From positions 1,116,001-1,180,000 of the forward strand of contig JAWMAR010000079.1 of NCBI GenBank assembly GCA_036785375.1: 64,000 nucleotides of DNA. Reading direction: 5' to 3'. The DNA comes from Leucoraja ocellata (taxonomy: Eukaryota). Below are positions 24,201 through 36,200 of the stretch, piece after piece. A program made the position numbers and the translations under genes. Numbering within the stretch: position 1 is the stretch's first letter; each line of letters starts with the position of its first letter. The notes below the pieces were generated by a model, which was not told the DNA's origin, searched no databases, and worked only from the letters and a program-made list of their open reading frames with translations.

Positions 24201-27200
24201 GATCACCGGCTGTGTAATGTATGGAATGATGTGGGGAATATGAGAGCAACCTCTTGATAGAACATGAGAGATTGAAGCAAACAGAGGCTGAATAACCTTT
24301 GTCTGCAGCAGGTCAAAAATATAATTGGGTAGCATGTAATTCCTGAGCAAAGGTTGGTAGCTCATTTGGGTTGAGAAAATAAGGAAATTCTGTATCCTGG
24401 GCCACTATGATTGCTGTTTAGCTGGTTCAATGTATGGAATGATCAATGCAGTGATGTGTAAGAATTAACAGTGCATGGAGTGGAATATTCTCTCTTCACC
24501 TGTTCAAGCTGTGAAGAGATATCATTTTGCTGATTTATGACCTGAACCCAACAACAAGGCCTAAATTCTTGCTGTTTTTAACCCGATGGTATTCGAACCA
24601 TCAGATACCATTGAGCCCTGTTCAATGATATTCCAATGCATTCTCTCGTTTAATCTAACTTTATCTTTCACTCAGTGTTTCCACTTTGAAGGAAATTACC
24701 CGAAATTCGGGTTTTCTTCGGGTAATTTTAGGGAAATTAAATAATTTCGGGAACTTTCCCGGCCCAGTAAGCCTTACCCACCTGCGCATGTGCGACTGCC
24801 GCCCCAACTGCGCATGCATACCGGTCCCACTGCGCATGCGCGGGGGAAGACGCGAAGGAGTCCAATCAGCGGCACGGGATGATTTGAGGGGGAAAAAAGT
24901 ATGTACCTGTATATTTATGACCATCTGTGCCTGCGCAGTTGGGGGAGCCCCGTCAGCCACGTCACAATTGAAAACGGTGGTGGTGACGCGGTAGGGACGC
25001 CGTCCCCTGCGCGCGAGCAGTGGGCCCGGTATCCGTGCGTGCGCAGTTGGGGCAGCAGTCGCACGTGCGCAGTTGGGGAAGGCTTACCGGGCCAGGAAGT
25101 ACCATCAAATTCCAGGTAATTTGGAATTCTATTTCAGGATTATTTTTTTTGAGGTGCGGAAGCACTATTATTCATTTGCTCCAATAGCCCATCCCCCGCC
25201 CTATCCACACGCATAGCCCCCAACTTTGCAGACGCGGCTAAAGAGAGGGAGGGTGAGTGGGGGCTGATAAGGAGGGAGGGGGGGCTGAGAGGGGGGGGGG
25301 GCATAGAGGGTGGTCCGCAGCAGCAGCCTCCCCACCAGGCGACGGGCGGGGGTCGACCCAAGGACCGTGAGTTTGGCCGCTCCAGTACAGGGCCCGACTT
25401 CAATTCCGGGCTCGTTCTTTATGCGTCCTTTGAATAACCTGGGAGGGAGGGGTTGGGGGTGATGTCACTTGAGGCGCGTGGAAGATTGTGTGCATGAGGC
25501 CATGCGAAGCAGACCCATTGTGACGTCATCAGAGCTGCTTGTTTAAATTCAGAGTCTTTTGATATTTTTAAACATTTTCAGTAATGTCAAGAAATAAAGC
25601 ATGACAGATAAGGTGATTTATTTTTTCTAATACTTTGCTTTCGTCTTGTCTTATTTATCTCTCTCTCTCTCTGTTTTTAGTTGGGATGAATGGGTTCCAG
25701 AGAGCAGAGTGCTGAAGTATGTGGACACAAACCTGCAAAAGCAGAAAGAACTACAAAAGGCTAATCAGTGAGTATGTGAATGGTACTGATGAAAGAAGAA
25801 ATTACACTTATTGGCCAAGGGACTTGGGGACTAAACATTTTAGGATAAAGCCAACTTTTTCTTCAATTTGTTGGGCAAGCAGCAATCTCTTTAAAACCTC
25901 TATAACATCATAAAATGCCTTCAAAACCATTCAGGAAGCGTTATAGAAAACTGGACACGCTGTTGCATGGAGTACAAGAAGAGCTGACCAAAATTATTTA
26001 TGCCATTCTATATCCGAATTGAAACTTGTCTGAGAAGTCTAAGGAAAAACAGCAATCATTAAACAGGAAGGCGGGCACGATGATTGGGACTGCTGTCTCG
26101 GTTCCAACAACTTTTGTTCAATTCTGATTTCTAGTGCTGTCTGTATGGAATCTGCACTTTCTCGTGAGATAGGTTTCTTCCCAGTGCTTACATTTTCTCC
26201 CATTTTCTAAGACTAGATTGGTAGATTAATTGGCTACTGTCAAATGGCTAACTCTGCTATGCAGGTGAATTATTGAAACTTGGGACAGTTGACAGGAATA
26301 ATGGAAGAATAAAATGAGATTGGAGTAAATGGGCACTTTGAGTTGAAGGACCTGTTTCTGGGTTGTGTAACTCAAATGAAAAAAACGAAATAATTTCCCA
26401 TCTTGAACCTTAGCATTATTAAGGACAGAATGCAATAGTAAAGTTATGTGAAGCAGGAGAGCATCCTATTTACACATTAACTTTCACAATGTCCATATCC
26501 CATATTGTTACAGACAACGGCGCTTTTTAAAATATGGCCGCTTGCAATACAACTTGCCTTATTGGCCGAGCATGTTATGAGCAGAATATGATTATACCGA
26601 GTTTGCCATAATGTACTTTCAATTTTAATGTGAACAAAACAGTTTATCGTGGATTTTTGAAGATGATGACGTGGAACTGGAATATTTAATGATGTATAAA
26701 TGAATGAATCGCCAAACTATTAATGCTGATATTTAAGCAGCGCCTCATTCCGTGTGATTTCATTTTTAACTCTTTAGAGAGCAATGGGCAGAGGGCAAGA
26801 TGAGGGGCGCTGCACCGGCCAAGAAGGCTTCCACAATGCAACAAAAGAATGTTGAAATGTAAGTGACTTGGATCTATCAATATATGATAATAAATTAATG
26901 GGCTAATTCAAGAGCATTTCTATAGTAATAAGACGCGAGAATTCACCTCCACATTGTGCGTTTGAGGCCATTGGCATGGCTTTAATATATAAAATGTAGA
27001 TAAATAAGGGCGAAAGGCTTGAAAGAAAATGGTGATGTTTTGAGATGAAGTGGAGTGGGAGATAACTCCTGCAGAGCGTTAATGTGGAAAGTTTGGATTG
27101 AATAGAGGCAGGTCAAGTGCTCAAATGTCATATGCATCAGGATCAGAACAATGAAATTCTTACCAGCCGCAACTCTACAAGCACATCAATGCAACAGCAC

Positions 27201-30200
27201 ATCAAAGAAATTATTGTAGTGGTAGCTGTGTGGAATGAGCTTCCAGTGAAGGTGGTGGAGGCAGGTTTGTTTTTATCATTTAAAAATAAATTGGATAGTT
27301 ATATGGATGGGAAGGGAATGGAGGGTTATGGTCTGAGCGCAGGTATATGGGACTAGGGGAGATTATGTGTTTGGCACGGACTAGAAGGGTCGAGATGGCC
27401 TGTTTCCGTGCTGTAATTGTTATATGGCTATATGGTTATATGGTAATCAAATAATAATTGTTTGTTGTATCTTTATCAGTTATTCTGGGTAACCAGACCA
27501 CAATAGTGCAAGCTGATATAAATAAATCAACTGTACGCAAAATCCATAGTGGTGCATTGTTGAGGAAGGTTTGTGCAGAGTGGTTCAAGAGCCTAATGGT
27601 TAATGGGGCGAGGCTGATCTTGATCCTGGAGGTAACTGTTCTCAAATCTTTGTACCATCTTCCTAACGGCTGTAGTGAGATGAGAGTGCGGCCAGGGTGG
27701 TGAGGATTTTTTAATATTAGCTGCTGCCTCGATGTAGTGTTTCCTGTAGATCCCTTTGTGGGCAGGTCAATACCTGTGCTGGATGGGGCAATGTCCACTA
27801 CTTTCTATAGCCTTGTTTGTTTTTCAACATTTGAGTTACTGAACCAGGCCGGTATGCTTTCCACTATACACCTGTAGGAATTCAAGAGATTATTCGACAA
27901 CATGCCAAAGTCTACTGAAGAATTAGGTTTGCATCCATTGTTAAAATATCCGCATACTTGCAGATTCATAATGCTCATCTGTGGTGGGTGAGATGGGTTT
28001 TTTAAACACTGATATTTGGGGCATCCTGATTTGAGGAAGGTTTTGCTTGGATTTTTAAATAAACTACTGAACAACTTTCAGAAAGTTCCTTTGAAACGTT
28101 CTTGTACTCTTCAAGCACTCAGCCAGTTGACCCTAATACGCAACTTAAACGTGTCTGCGACAGGAGAATGTTTTGAGACCCAGGCCTAGTGAATTTCAAA
28201 ATCAAATTTTTGCTGTTTCATTTGAAAACTCTTCAACGTAAGGAGTAAACATTTGATGTGTCCCATCATCATCCTTCTTTCCTTGCCTTCACGTAGGTAT
28301 ATAGATTGTCTGCATGTTCCAAATGCCAATATACTAGGATTAAAAAATTGTCACAAATATTGTTAACCTTGTAAGTTTGCTAGAATTGTTAAGTGGATGA
28401 TTTGAGGGAAAATGCAAACATTTGTAGAAATATTTTACTTGCACAAATATTTTACTTGCACATGTTGGAAAATGAACATCTTGCAACCGTGAGTTGAAAA
28501 ATGAGCAGTAACTTCAATAACTGAATATTTAAATGAAATGTAAAATCATAGTGAGAAAATGTTGTGAATGGAATTAAAGCATTTTGCACCCGTTCAAAGG
28601 TAGCACAAACGGGTTACTTGCTCATTAATGAGAATAATGTTAATGGAATGCATTCCAAGTGAATGTTTGCCCTGGCAGTCTCTTCAATGCCTATGGCTAT
28701 ATAAAGGATAGAGCGAGATATTTGAGGAATAGGAAGGAGAAATGTCTATTGTAGCAGTGACATAATCCTCGTGTCCCTAACCAACAGAAAGAAAATTAAG
28801 AACCTGTTTTTCAGCAAGATTATTAAATAAGATAACGTGTCTGTTGCAATGAAAACTATTAGTTTTGATTTCTCATACTAATTTCCTGCATACAGTGCAA
28901 GGTGCAAATGGCGGTGCCTTTTTTCACTTTGCAGTAAAAATCTATTTGTTGGCTCACTATTTGAAAGTGTTTCTTCATTGAGACTAAAGAATTGCATTTA
29001 TGTTTGACATACAATTCATAATGTTTTATTTCAGAAAAACAAAGAAGAATAAACAGAAAGGTAAGCTTGCTTAAAACATGATTCAAATCTTCGCTATTGT
29101 ATAGAACCTTCGAACAATTGACAAATGTTATGGCTTGCATACAAGATCTTGAGTTAGTTTCTTCCTTGTGTCAGCTGTGATTAAGGTGGGACCAGATACT
29201 TGAGCAATAAAAGCCTGAGACTGTCACTCTTACAAATGGGATGCTAACCAGAAGTCCCCATCTTGCTTCTGTCTAGATGTAATACATCCCCATATAATTA
29301 TTTTGAATTGGGTCATTTATTTTACTCTCGGTGACGTTTGATCTCAGAAATATAATTATGCCATTACTAACTGATGCCTTTGCAATGATACATAGAGCAA
29401 CATCCCAGTCTTTTCAAAATTATTAGTGTCTTCTGTGTATGACACTAACTGTAACCTACAGTGCTTAATTGATTTAGCTGTAGCACTGCTGTCAATTATT
29501 GAAATGATAGAGAACATTATTTCATTGTCTAGTTTTTAATTTTGAGGAGCATCCATTAGTGCATTTAACTCTTTTCTCAGTTGCATAGTCTTTTGCCATT
29601 TTGTTAATTCATTGATCTGTATAATACTGGGATTAATAGCTGAATACAGGTCTGACGCAGGTGATGTTAAAACCAGTTTGACGTGATCATCATTATCACT
29701 GCCTAACTGATTTCTTCATTTGTGTGGCTGAAGCTGTATATGGAAAAGATTGGTGACTGATGAATTTCTCTTAAAGCTTTCAGAAGGGCAAACGATATTG
29801 GCCTTTTTCAATATGTGATAGAATTAATAGAGAAAAACAATTCTCTTTGGAGAATGGATAATGGAGGTCAGATTATGAACTGCAGAAGAACAATTGGGAG
29901 AAACGTTTTAATGTAATTGTTAGGATCCAGAGGACTATCAGAAAAGTTGCTAATTATAATAAAGCTGGTGCTCTGGGACCAAACATGACTTGGAGCCAAC
30001 AGAGGTGATCAGGGGATGCAAGGGATCACAGATGCTGGAATATTGAGTTAAAAAAAACATGTGGGAGGAACTTGGCAGATCAGGCAGCATTGGTGGTGGG
30101 AATGGACAGATGATGATTTGGGTAGGAGCTCTTCTTCAGACTAATGGAACGAGGGAAAAAGCTGGAAAAGAGATGGTGTGGGACAAAGTCTGGCAAGCGA

Positions 30201-33200
30201 TCGGTGGATAAAGGTGGGGGGGATTGATTGGTAGATGGGTGGAGTAAGTGACAGTCTACAGGTAAAAAGGGGGCAAAAGGCTGTCAGATAAGGAAAGAGG
30301 AGTGAAATGTGAAGCCAGATATGGATGAAAGGGGATGGTAGATGAGCGTACAGAGGAGGGAAAAAGAACAGGGTGGCTTGGATGGGGTGGGAAATGCTGG
30401 GATACGTTTGTGTGCGACAGGGTGGTGGAGAGGGAAAGAAGGTGGGTGGGTATTACATGAAATTAGGGAATTCAAAGTTCATACCATTGGGTTTAAGCTA
30501 CTCAAGCTGAATACAAGGTGCTGTTCCAAGTTTTCCTGTGACCTCACTCTGGCAATGGAGGAGGCTGAGGACCAAAAGGTCAACATGGGAATGAGAAGGG
30601 GAACAAAAATGGTTAACAACTGGGAGATCCAGCAAGCCTTGGTGGGCTAAGCGCAGGTGTTTGGTTCATGCTTAGTCTTGCCGATGTAACAGAAAGCACA
30701 TTGAGAACAATGGATGCAGAGGACAGGGTTTGAAGAGGTGCATGTGAACTTCTGCTTCAGCTGGAAAAATTGCAGGGTCCCAAGATAGAGGTGAGAGGTG
30801 GTGTAGGGACAAGTGTTGTCTTAGGGGAACGTAGCTAGTCCCACCAGGTCCGTGCCAACCAGTGATCCCGGCACATTAACACCATACTACATCCACTAGG
30901 GACAATTTTTACATTTACCAAGCCAATTAACCTACATACCTGTACGTCTTTGGAGTGTGGGAGGAAACCGAAGACCTTGGAGAAAACCCACGCAGGTCAC
31001 GGGGAGAACGTACAAACTCTCCAGACAACACCCGTAGTCGGGATCGAACCTGGGGCTCTGGCAGTTGGCAGAAAGGTCAGGGAATGATGTATTGGATGCA
31101 GAGATTGGTGGGGTGAAAGGTGAGAACCAAGACCAGGGTAACTCTCTCCTTGTCCTTCTGAAGGGAGGGGGAGTGAGGATAGAACTACGGGACATGGGTG
31201 CAGGCTACATCCGCAGCGGGGGGGGAGGGGTGGGAACGCATGTTTATCAAATGGCAACTTCTTCTGTAGATTTCCAAGATCCAATAAATATTTTGGGCTT
31301 GGGGTTTGGAGGATTTACAGAATGAAGTAAGCTGACAAATATTGGATTCCTTTCTTTGGAATAGTCTTCAAACTACCTAGCTGATGTCTACTCGTATTAA
31401 TCAAGCACATTCAAGATTGATTGCTGGTATTCTTCTTGGGATGTGTGTATTCCGATGGCTACAGCTTCTTGATTGGTTTGACCATTTTTCTAGGCTGTTT
31501 GTGCAGCACTTCATCAGTGGTTAACCAGGTGATTGTACACATTATACTTTGGCCTAAACCTTTGACAGTCCTGTCTGCAAACTGTCGATGTGTTGTAACT
31601 TTCAGATGGATTAGACAATTACATTACAATTTTTTTTTTTTTTTAATTAAAAACATTTTAAGTACCAATGCTGTAAATTGCCTGCAAGTAAGCTGTTTAA
31701 CTTTTTATTTTAGCCCCCACAGCTGGTGATGGAAGTAGCACCAGTGAAACTCCACAACCACCCAGGAAGAAAAGGGCAAGAGTGGACCCCACAATGGAAA
31801 GTGTATGTAGTTTGTTGGAATGTGACATAGTGACTGAATGTGTGCCAAATATCCAGTAGCAACGCCAGAATTTAAGCTGGCATAAATTTAATTCTTAACT
31901 AGTGTATGACCTAAAAATCCAAACATGACTGCATTATTGCCTCGTTGTGCTGATATATATCAGTGTTGCCCAGTGGAGATGGGTCATTTAATGTGGGGTG
32001 TTATCTATCAAACAGTACATTGCAGAAAGATATGCATTTTAAAAACTGGTACTAGCGCACATACTTTCAAAATGTTGCATTTTAATGTTGGTTATTTCAG
32101 TAGTCAATTGGCCCACTTCCCTCTGTCTAAGAGCTTTGTCACATTGAGATACCCGATCAATCAAGATGTAGAGCTCAATGTTCTGGACTCAACTTTGAGA
32201 TAACTTATCTCAACTGTAGTGGGAATTGGCAATGTGAAATAAGTGGGAGTCCATGTCACAATTTGAATCTAATTCAGGAGATGACGAGTCACGGATGGTT
32301 TTGGCTCCTGATCACTGCCCAAAGACAGTTGCAAGTAAGCATGCTTATTTGGATGTTGTGCCTTGGCAGGAGGAGAAAAGACAGGGTGTTATTTCCCCTT
32401 GTCTTATGGTTCATGATCACTATGGCATGGGTGGCATAGAGCCCTACAAAATGTTAATACTTTCATCAGTCAAGGGGACTGGTTCACCACATTCTCTGAG
32501 AATAAATAAACACAGTTTGACGGTCGTAGAGTATACATAAACCCGGCAACTTACAAACGCCAAACTTGTGTACACCCAGTATTTGGGAGACTGGGTTTGA
32601 TGGTGGGAACTCGTTTAGCAATTTCTACGTGAACTGTTTGGGTTGCGAATAGTTCCTGGCAACTCCTGCAGTAACCTGGGGCGGACCTGTTAATTCCAAA
32701 GCAACACCAACAAATATTAATTTGTGATTAATTTTGTTATGACTGTCATTTGTTTATTGAGCTATTTACGTATACGGGATATTTACTTCATCAGTTATTT
32801 ACTTATACAGGACATTAAATTGAAAGATCCATATGCTGCTCATGGTGCAGTGTCCTCCACATCTGGAGACCAAACTTAGATTGGGTGACAGTTTTGGGGA
32901 ATGCTTTTATTCGTTCTGCAGATGTGACCGTGAACCTCTGGTAGGCAATGGAAGAGGGATTGTGTGAGTAAAATGTTATTCAAGTGATGTTGGTATCACT
33001 GGCCAGACCAGCATTTCATTCTAATATTTTACAGCCCTGGAACTGAGAGGTTAGTTGTGAGTCTGGAGTCACATAGACTGGACCAGATAAGAATGCCAAG
33101 TGAACATGCATTTTACAATAATTCTGAAACTTTTTTGGATAAAGTTCAGATGTATTTATTTAATTTAAAATTCCCAGCTCCAATGAAAGTATGTAGATGT

Positions 33201-36200
33201 GTGTGTATACAGATCAACAATGTGGCCTCTGGGCCACATTAGTCACATAAATTAATTACCATGCCCCATCAGCATATTCCTGATCCCTAATCCCGAGTGT
33301 TGGGATTTTCCGATGTCTCCCCTGACTCCGTAGCTCTGTGGGAAAAGAGAACTTTAGTTTTCTGCCTCCACCGTGTGAAAATATGCTTCCAGATCACCCC
33401 TGAACATAAGGCTCCAAGTTTCAGCAGGAATATAAAATGCATCTGAGCAACCAGGCCTCCAGCATTTCATTATTTCCAGTATGATTTTGGTAATGGCTCC
33501 TGCAGTCCATCACAAGGTGAAAATATCCTTCCTATAACTGAATAAAATAATGCAGGATGGATTCTAACCAGATATCTGTATACAGTGCTGGAGTACAGTC
33601 GTAGTATCCCTTCAAACTTATACCTGGTGCTTATACCTATGGACCCTCATCTGGTCACAGCTTTGAGAGAGCATGAGTGGGGATATTTTGTTTTCTAATT
33701 GTAGTAATGAACAAAAATAATTGCTATGTATGCGAATGGGGAATTTTGAAACGGCACTGCAAAATGGATGTCAAATACATCTCTGAGTGGATCATTAATT
33801 TGGCGATTCTTTGACTTCTGCAGGAGGAGACATTTATGAACAGGGTTGAAGTAAAGGTAAAAATACCAGAAGAGTTGAAACCATGGCTCGTGGATGATTG
33901 GGACCTGATCACTCGTCAAAAACAGGTTAGTACTGCACCCGTTTGCTTTAAACCTAAACGACAGAGTAAGACTTGCAGCTACAGGGAGTGTTTTAAATAA
34001 ATTATAAAAATGCATTTAATGGAAAGGTAGGTGGAGCTGCTACCTCATGTAATATTTTGTGATTTGAGTTTTTGTTTTATTCCTCTATTGGTTTACCTCA
34101 GATTGTCAGGCAGGATGAACTGTTGTGGGCACTGGCCGAGGATTCCTTGCATTTACTCTGTTGAAATGGGCTTCCCTATTAGGTGGGCCTCAAGTTAAAA
34201 AATAGGGTATTATTGTTTAGTAAGTATTGTCTTTCACCTTGGGTTCAGACTAATGAAATGGAGTGGAATGATTGCAGGGCTTCAGTCCTAATCCTAAGCA
34301 AAACTGCCATTAAATGTTTAAGCAGTAAAGACCACCAAACTTGCAATTTCCCTATAGCCACACGTTTTAACGACTGTCACAAATGCGTTGCAGGCAGTAC
34401 AGTTTGGTGGTGGCGTCACATTCTGGGGCAGGGTAGAAGAAGTCTCAAAACGCCTTGCCTCGTTGTAAACTTGTGAGCTATATGTGCCAATACTTCCTTT
34501 TATTTTCCAGCAGCTGCCCACATTTTTCCTTTCTCATTGTACATAGAAAGGTGAAATTCCAAATAACTTTGGTATTCAGTAATCTGTTTTTGCCTCTGAG
34601 ATCACACACTAAGCAAATTGTGTGGATTAAACATCGTGCAATTGATGACCGCTGTTCTTAAAGCAAAAGATTTCCCTAGGGATATTACATCTGATAAAAT
34701 GTATTAAATTCCACTCCCAGATCCAATTGAATCTAAAAAGTAATTTCATAAAATAGTCAGTTACTTAATAGGATATTACCGCAAATGTTCTTTGTCATCT
34801 AAATGCGCTCAATTTATTACTTCATAACATACAGTAAAATAGTCTTTGGTTTGCAACTGTGGATAAAAAAATAATTTAGAAATTATTAGTTCACAAGTTT
34901 CACTGAGTAAAACAAGCTTGGAATAATTCAGCAGGTCAGGCAAGATCTGTGGAGGCAATGAATAGGTGATATTTTAGGTTGGGCACCTTCTCTGGAGGAA
35001 CCTGAATGTTCCTACATCCGCAGTTCCTTGTCTCCTAATGTTTAGCTCAAAACAAGGGGGAGGGGACAGGACACGACTTACATTTTGAAACCAATCGTAA
35101 TATTGCTTTGTCAGTCTAATACCAATGGAGGTTTGAGCTTAGTACCTAATGTTTCTTTAGTCAGGGGGACAATAAAGAAGTTGACTTTGCACAAGCTATG
35201 GTCAAAGCTATTATACTTCTTATGGGCTTTACAGTGAGGGAGAGTAAGTTCAATATGTTGTTGAGGATGGATGTGTGTGAGCGTGTATGAATGATCAACT
35301 GTTGGGCATTGATATTGCTGTCCAAGTCGACGTATACGGTCCCTCCCTAATGGTCTCTTGAGCTGCATGATGCTTAGCTGTTTCACAGGTCAGAGGACAG
35401 GCTCTTAATCCTCAACTGTATAAGGATTACATTTTTTTTATTTGGAAAGGTAGTCAATGAGATAAGGTTTCAATAATATGTATCAACACGTGAATATGCT
35501 CCAATAGTTCAGATCTCTTTAGTTCAGTAACTAGACTAGAGCATAAAGCTCTTCAATTGACATTTGTAACATTATCAAACCATGTAACATAAATTGGCCC
35601 TTTAAAGCCATCAAAACTAGCCATTCAATGTGGGACCTTCTGATTCTGCACCATTGTAATGACACAGAAAGACAATAAATTCATTTTAATGTTAATCAGC
35701 ATTCATTGAAATTAGTTGTTTCTGACTTGCAGAAAAAGTAGTTCACAGACAGTTCTTGGGATAGACCTCTTGTAACCCAGAGACTCGCTGTACTATTACA
35801 ATGCTTAAAAGGCATTTGGATAGGAATAGCTTAACGCAGGCATTTGGAATTAGCATATTCCAGAACAAGGGGTCATAGTACAGAAGAAGGGGTCATAGTT
35901 TAAGGATAAAGGGGAAATCTTTTAGGACCGAGATGAGGAAAACTTTTTTCACACAGAGTGGTGAATCTCTGGAATTCTCTGCTGCAGAAGGTAGTTGAGG
36001 CCAGTTCATTAGCTATATTTAAGAGGGAGTTAGATGTGGCCCATGTGGCTAAAGGGATCAGGAGGTATGGAGAGAAGGCAGGAACAGGATACTGAGTTGG
36101 ATGACCAGCCATGATCATATTGAATGGCGGTGCAGGCTCGAAGGGCCAAATGGCCTACTCCTGCACCCATTTTCTATGTTTCTATTGGTAGCAGGGTCCA

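Noticed and set aside
23949-24365. 138-aa minus-strand ORF
   Set aside because: I/P/S-biased, with no recognisable domain or splice support; likely a by-product of purine-rich plus-strand sequence
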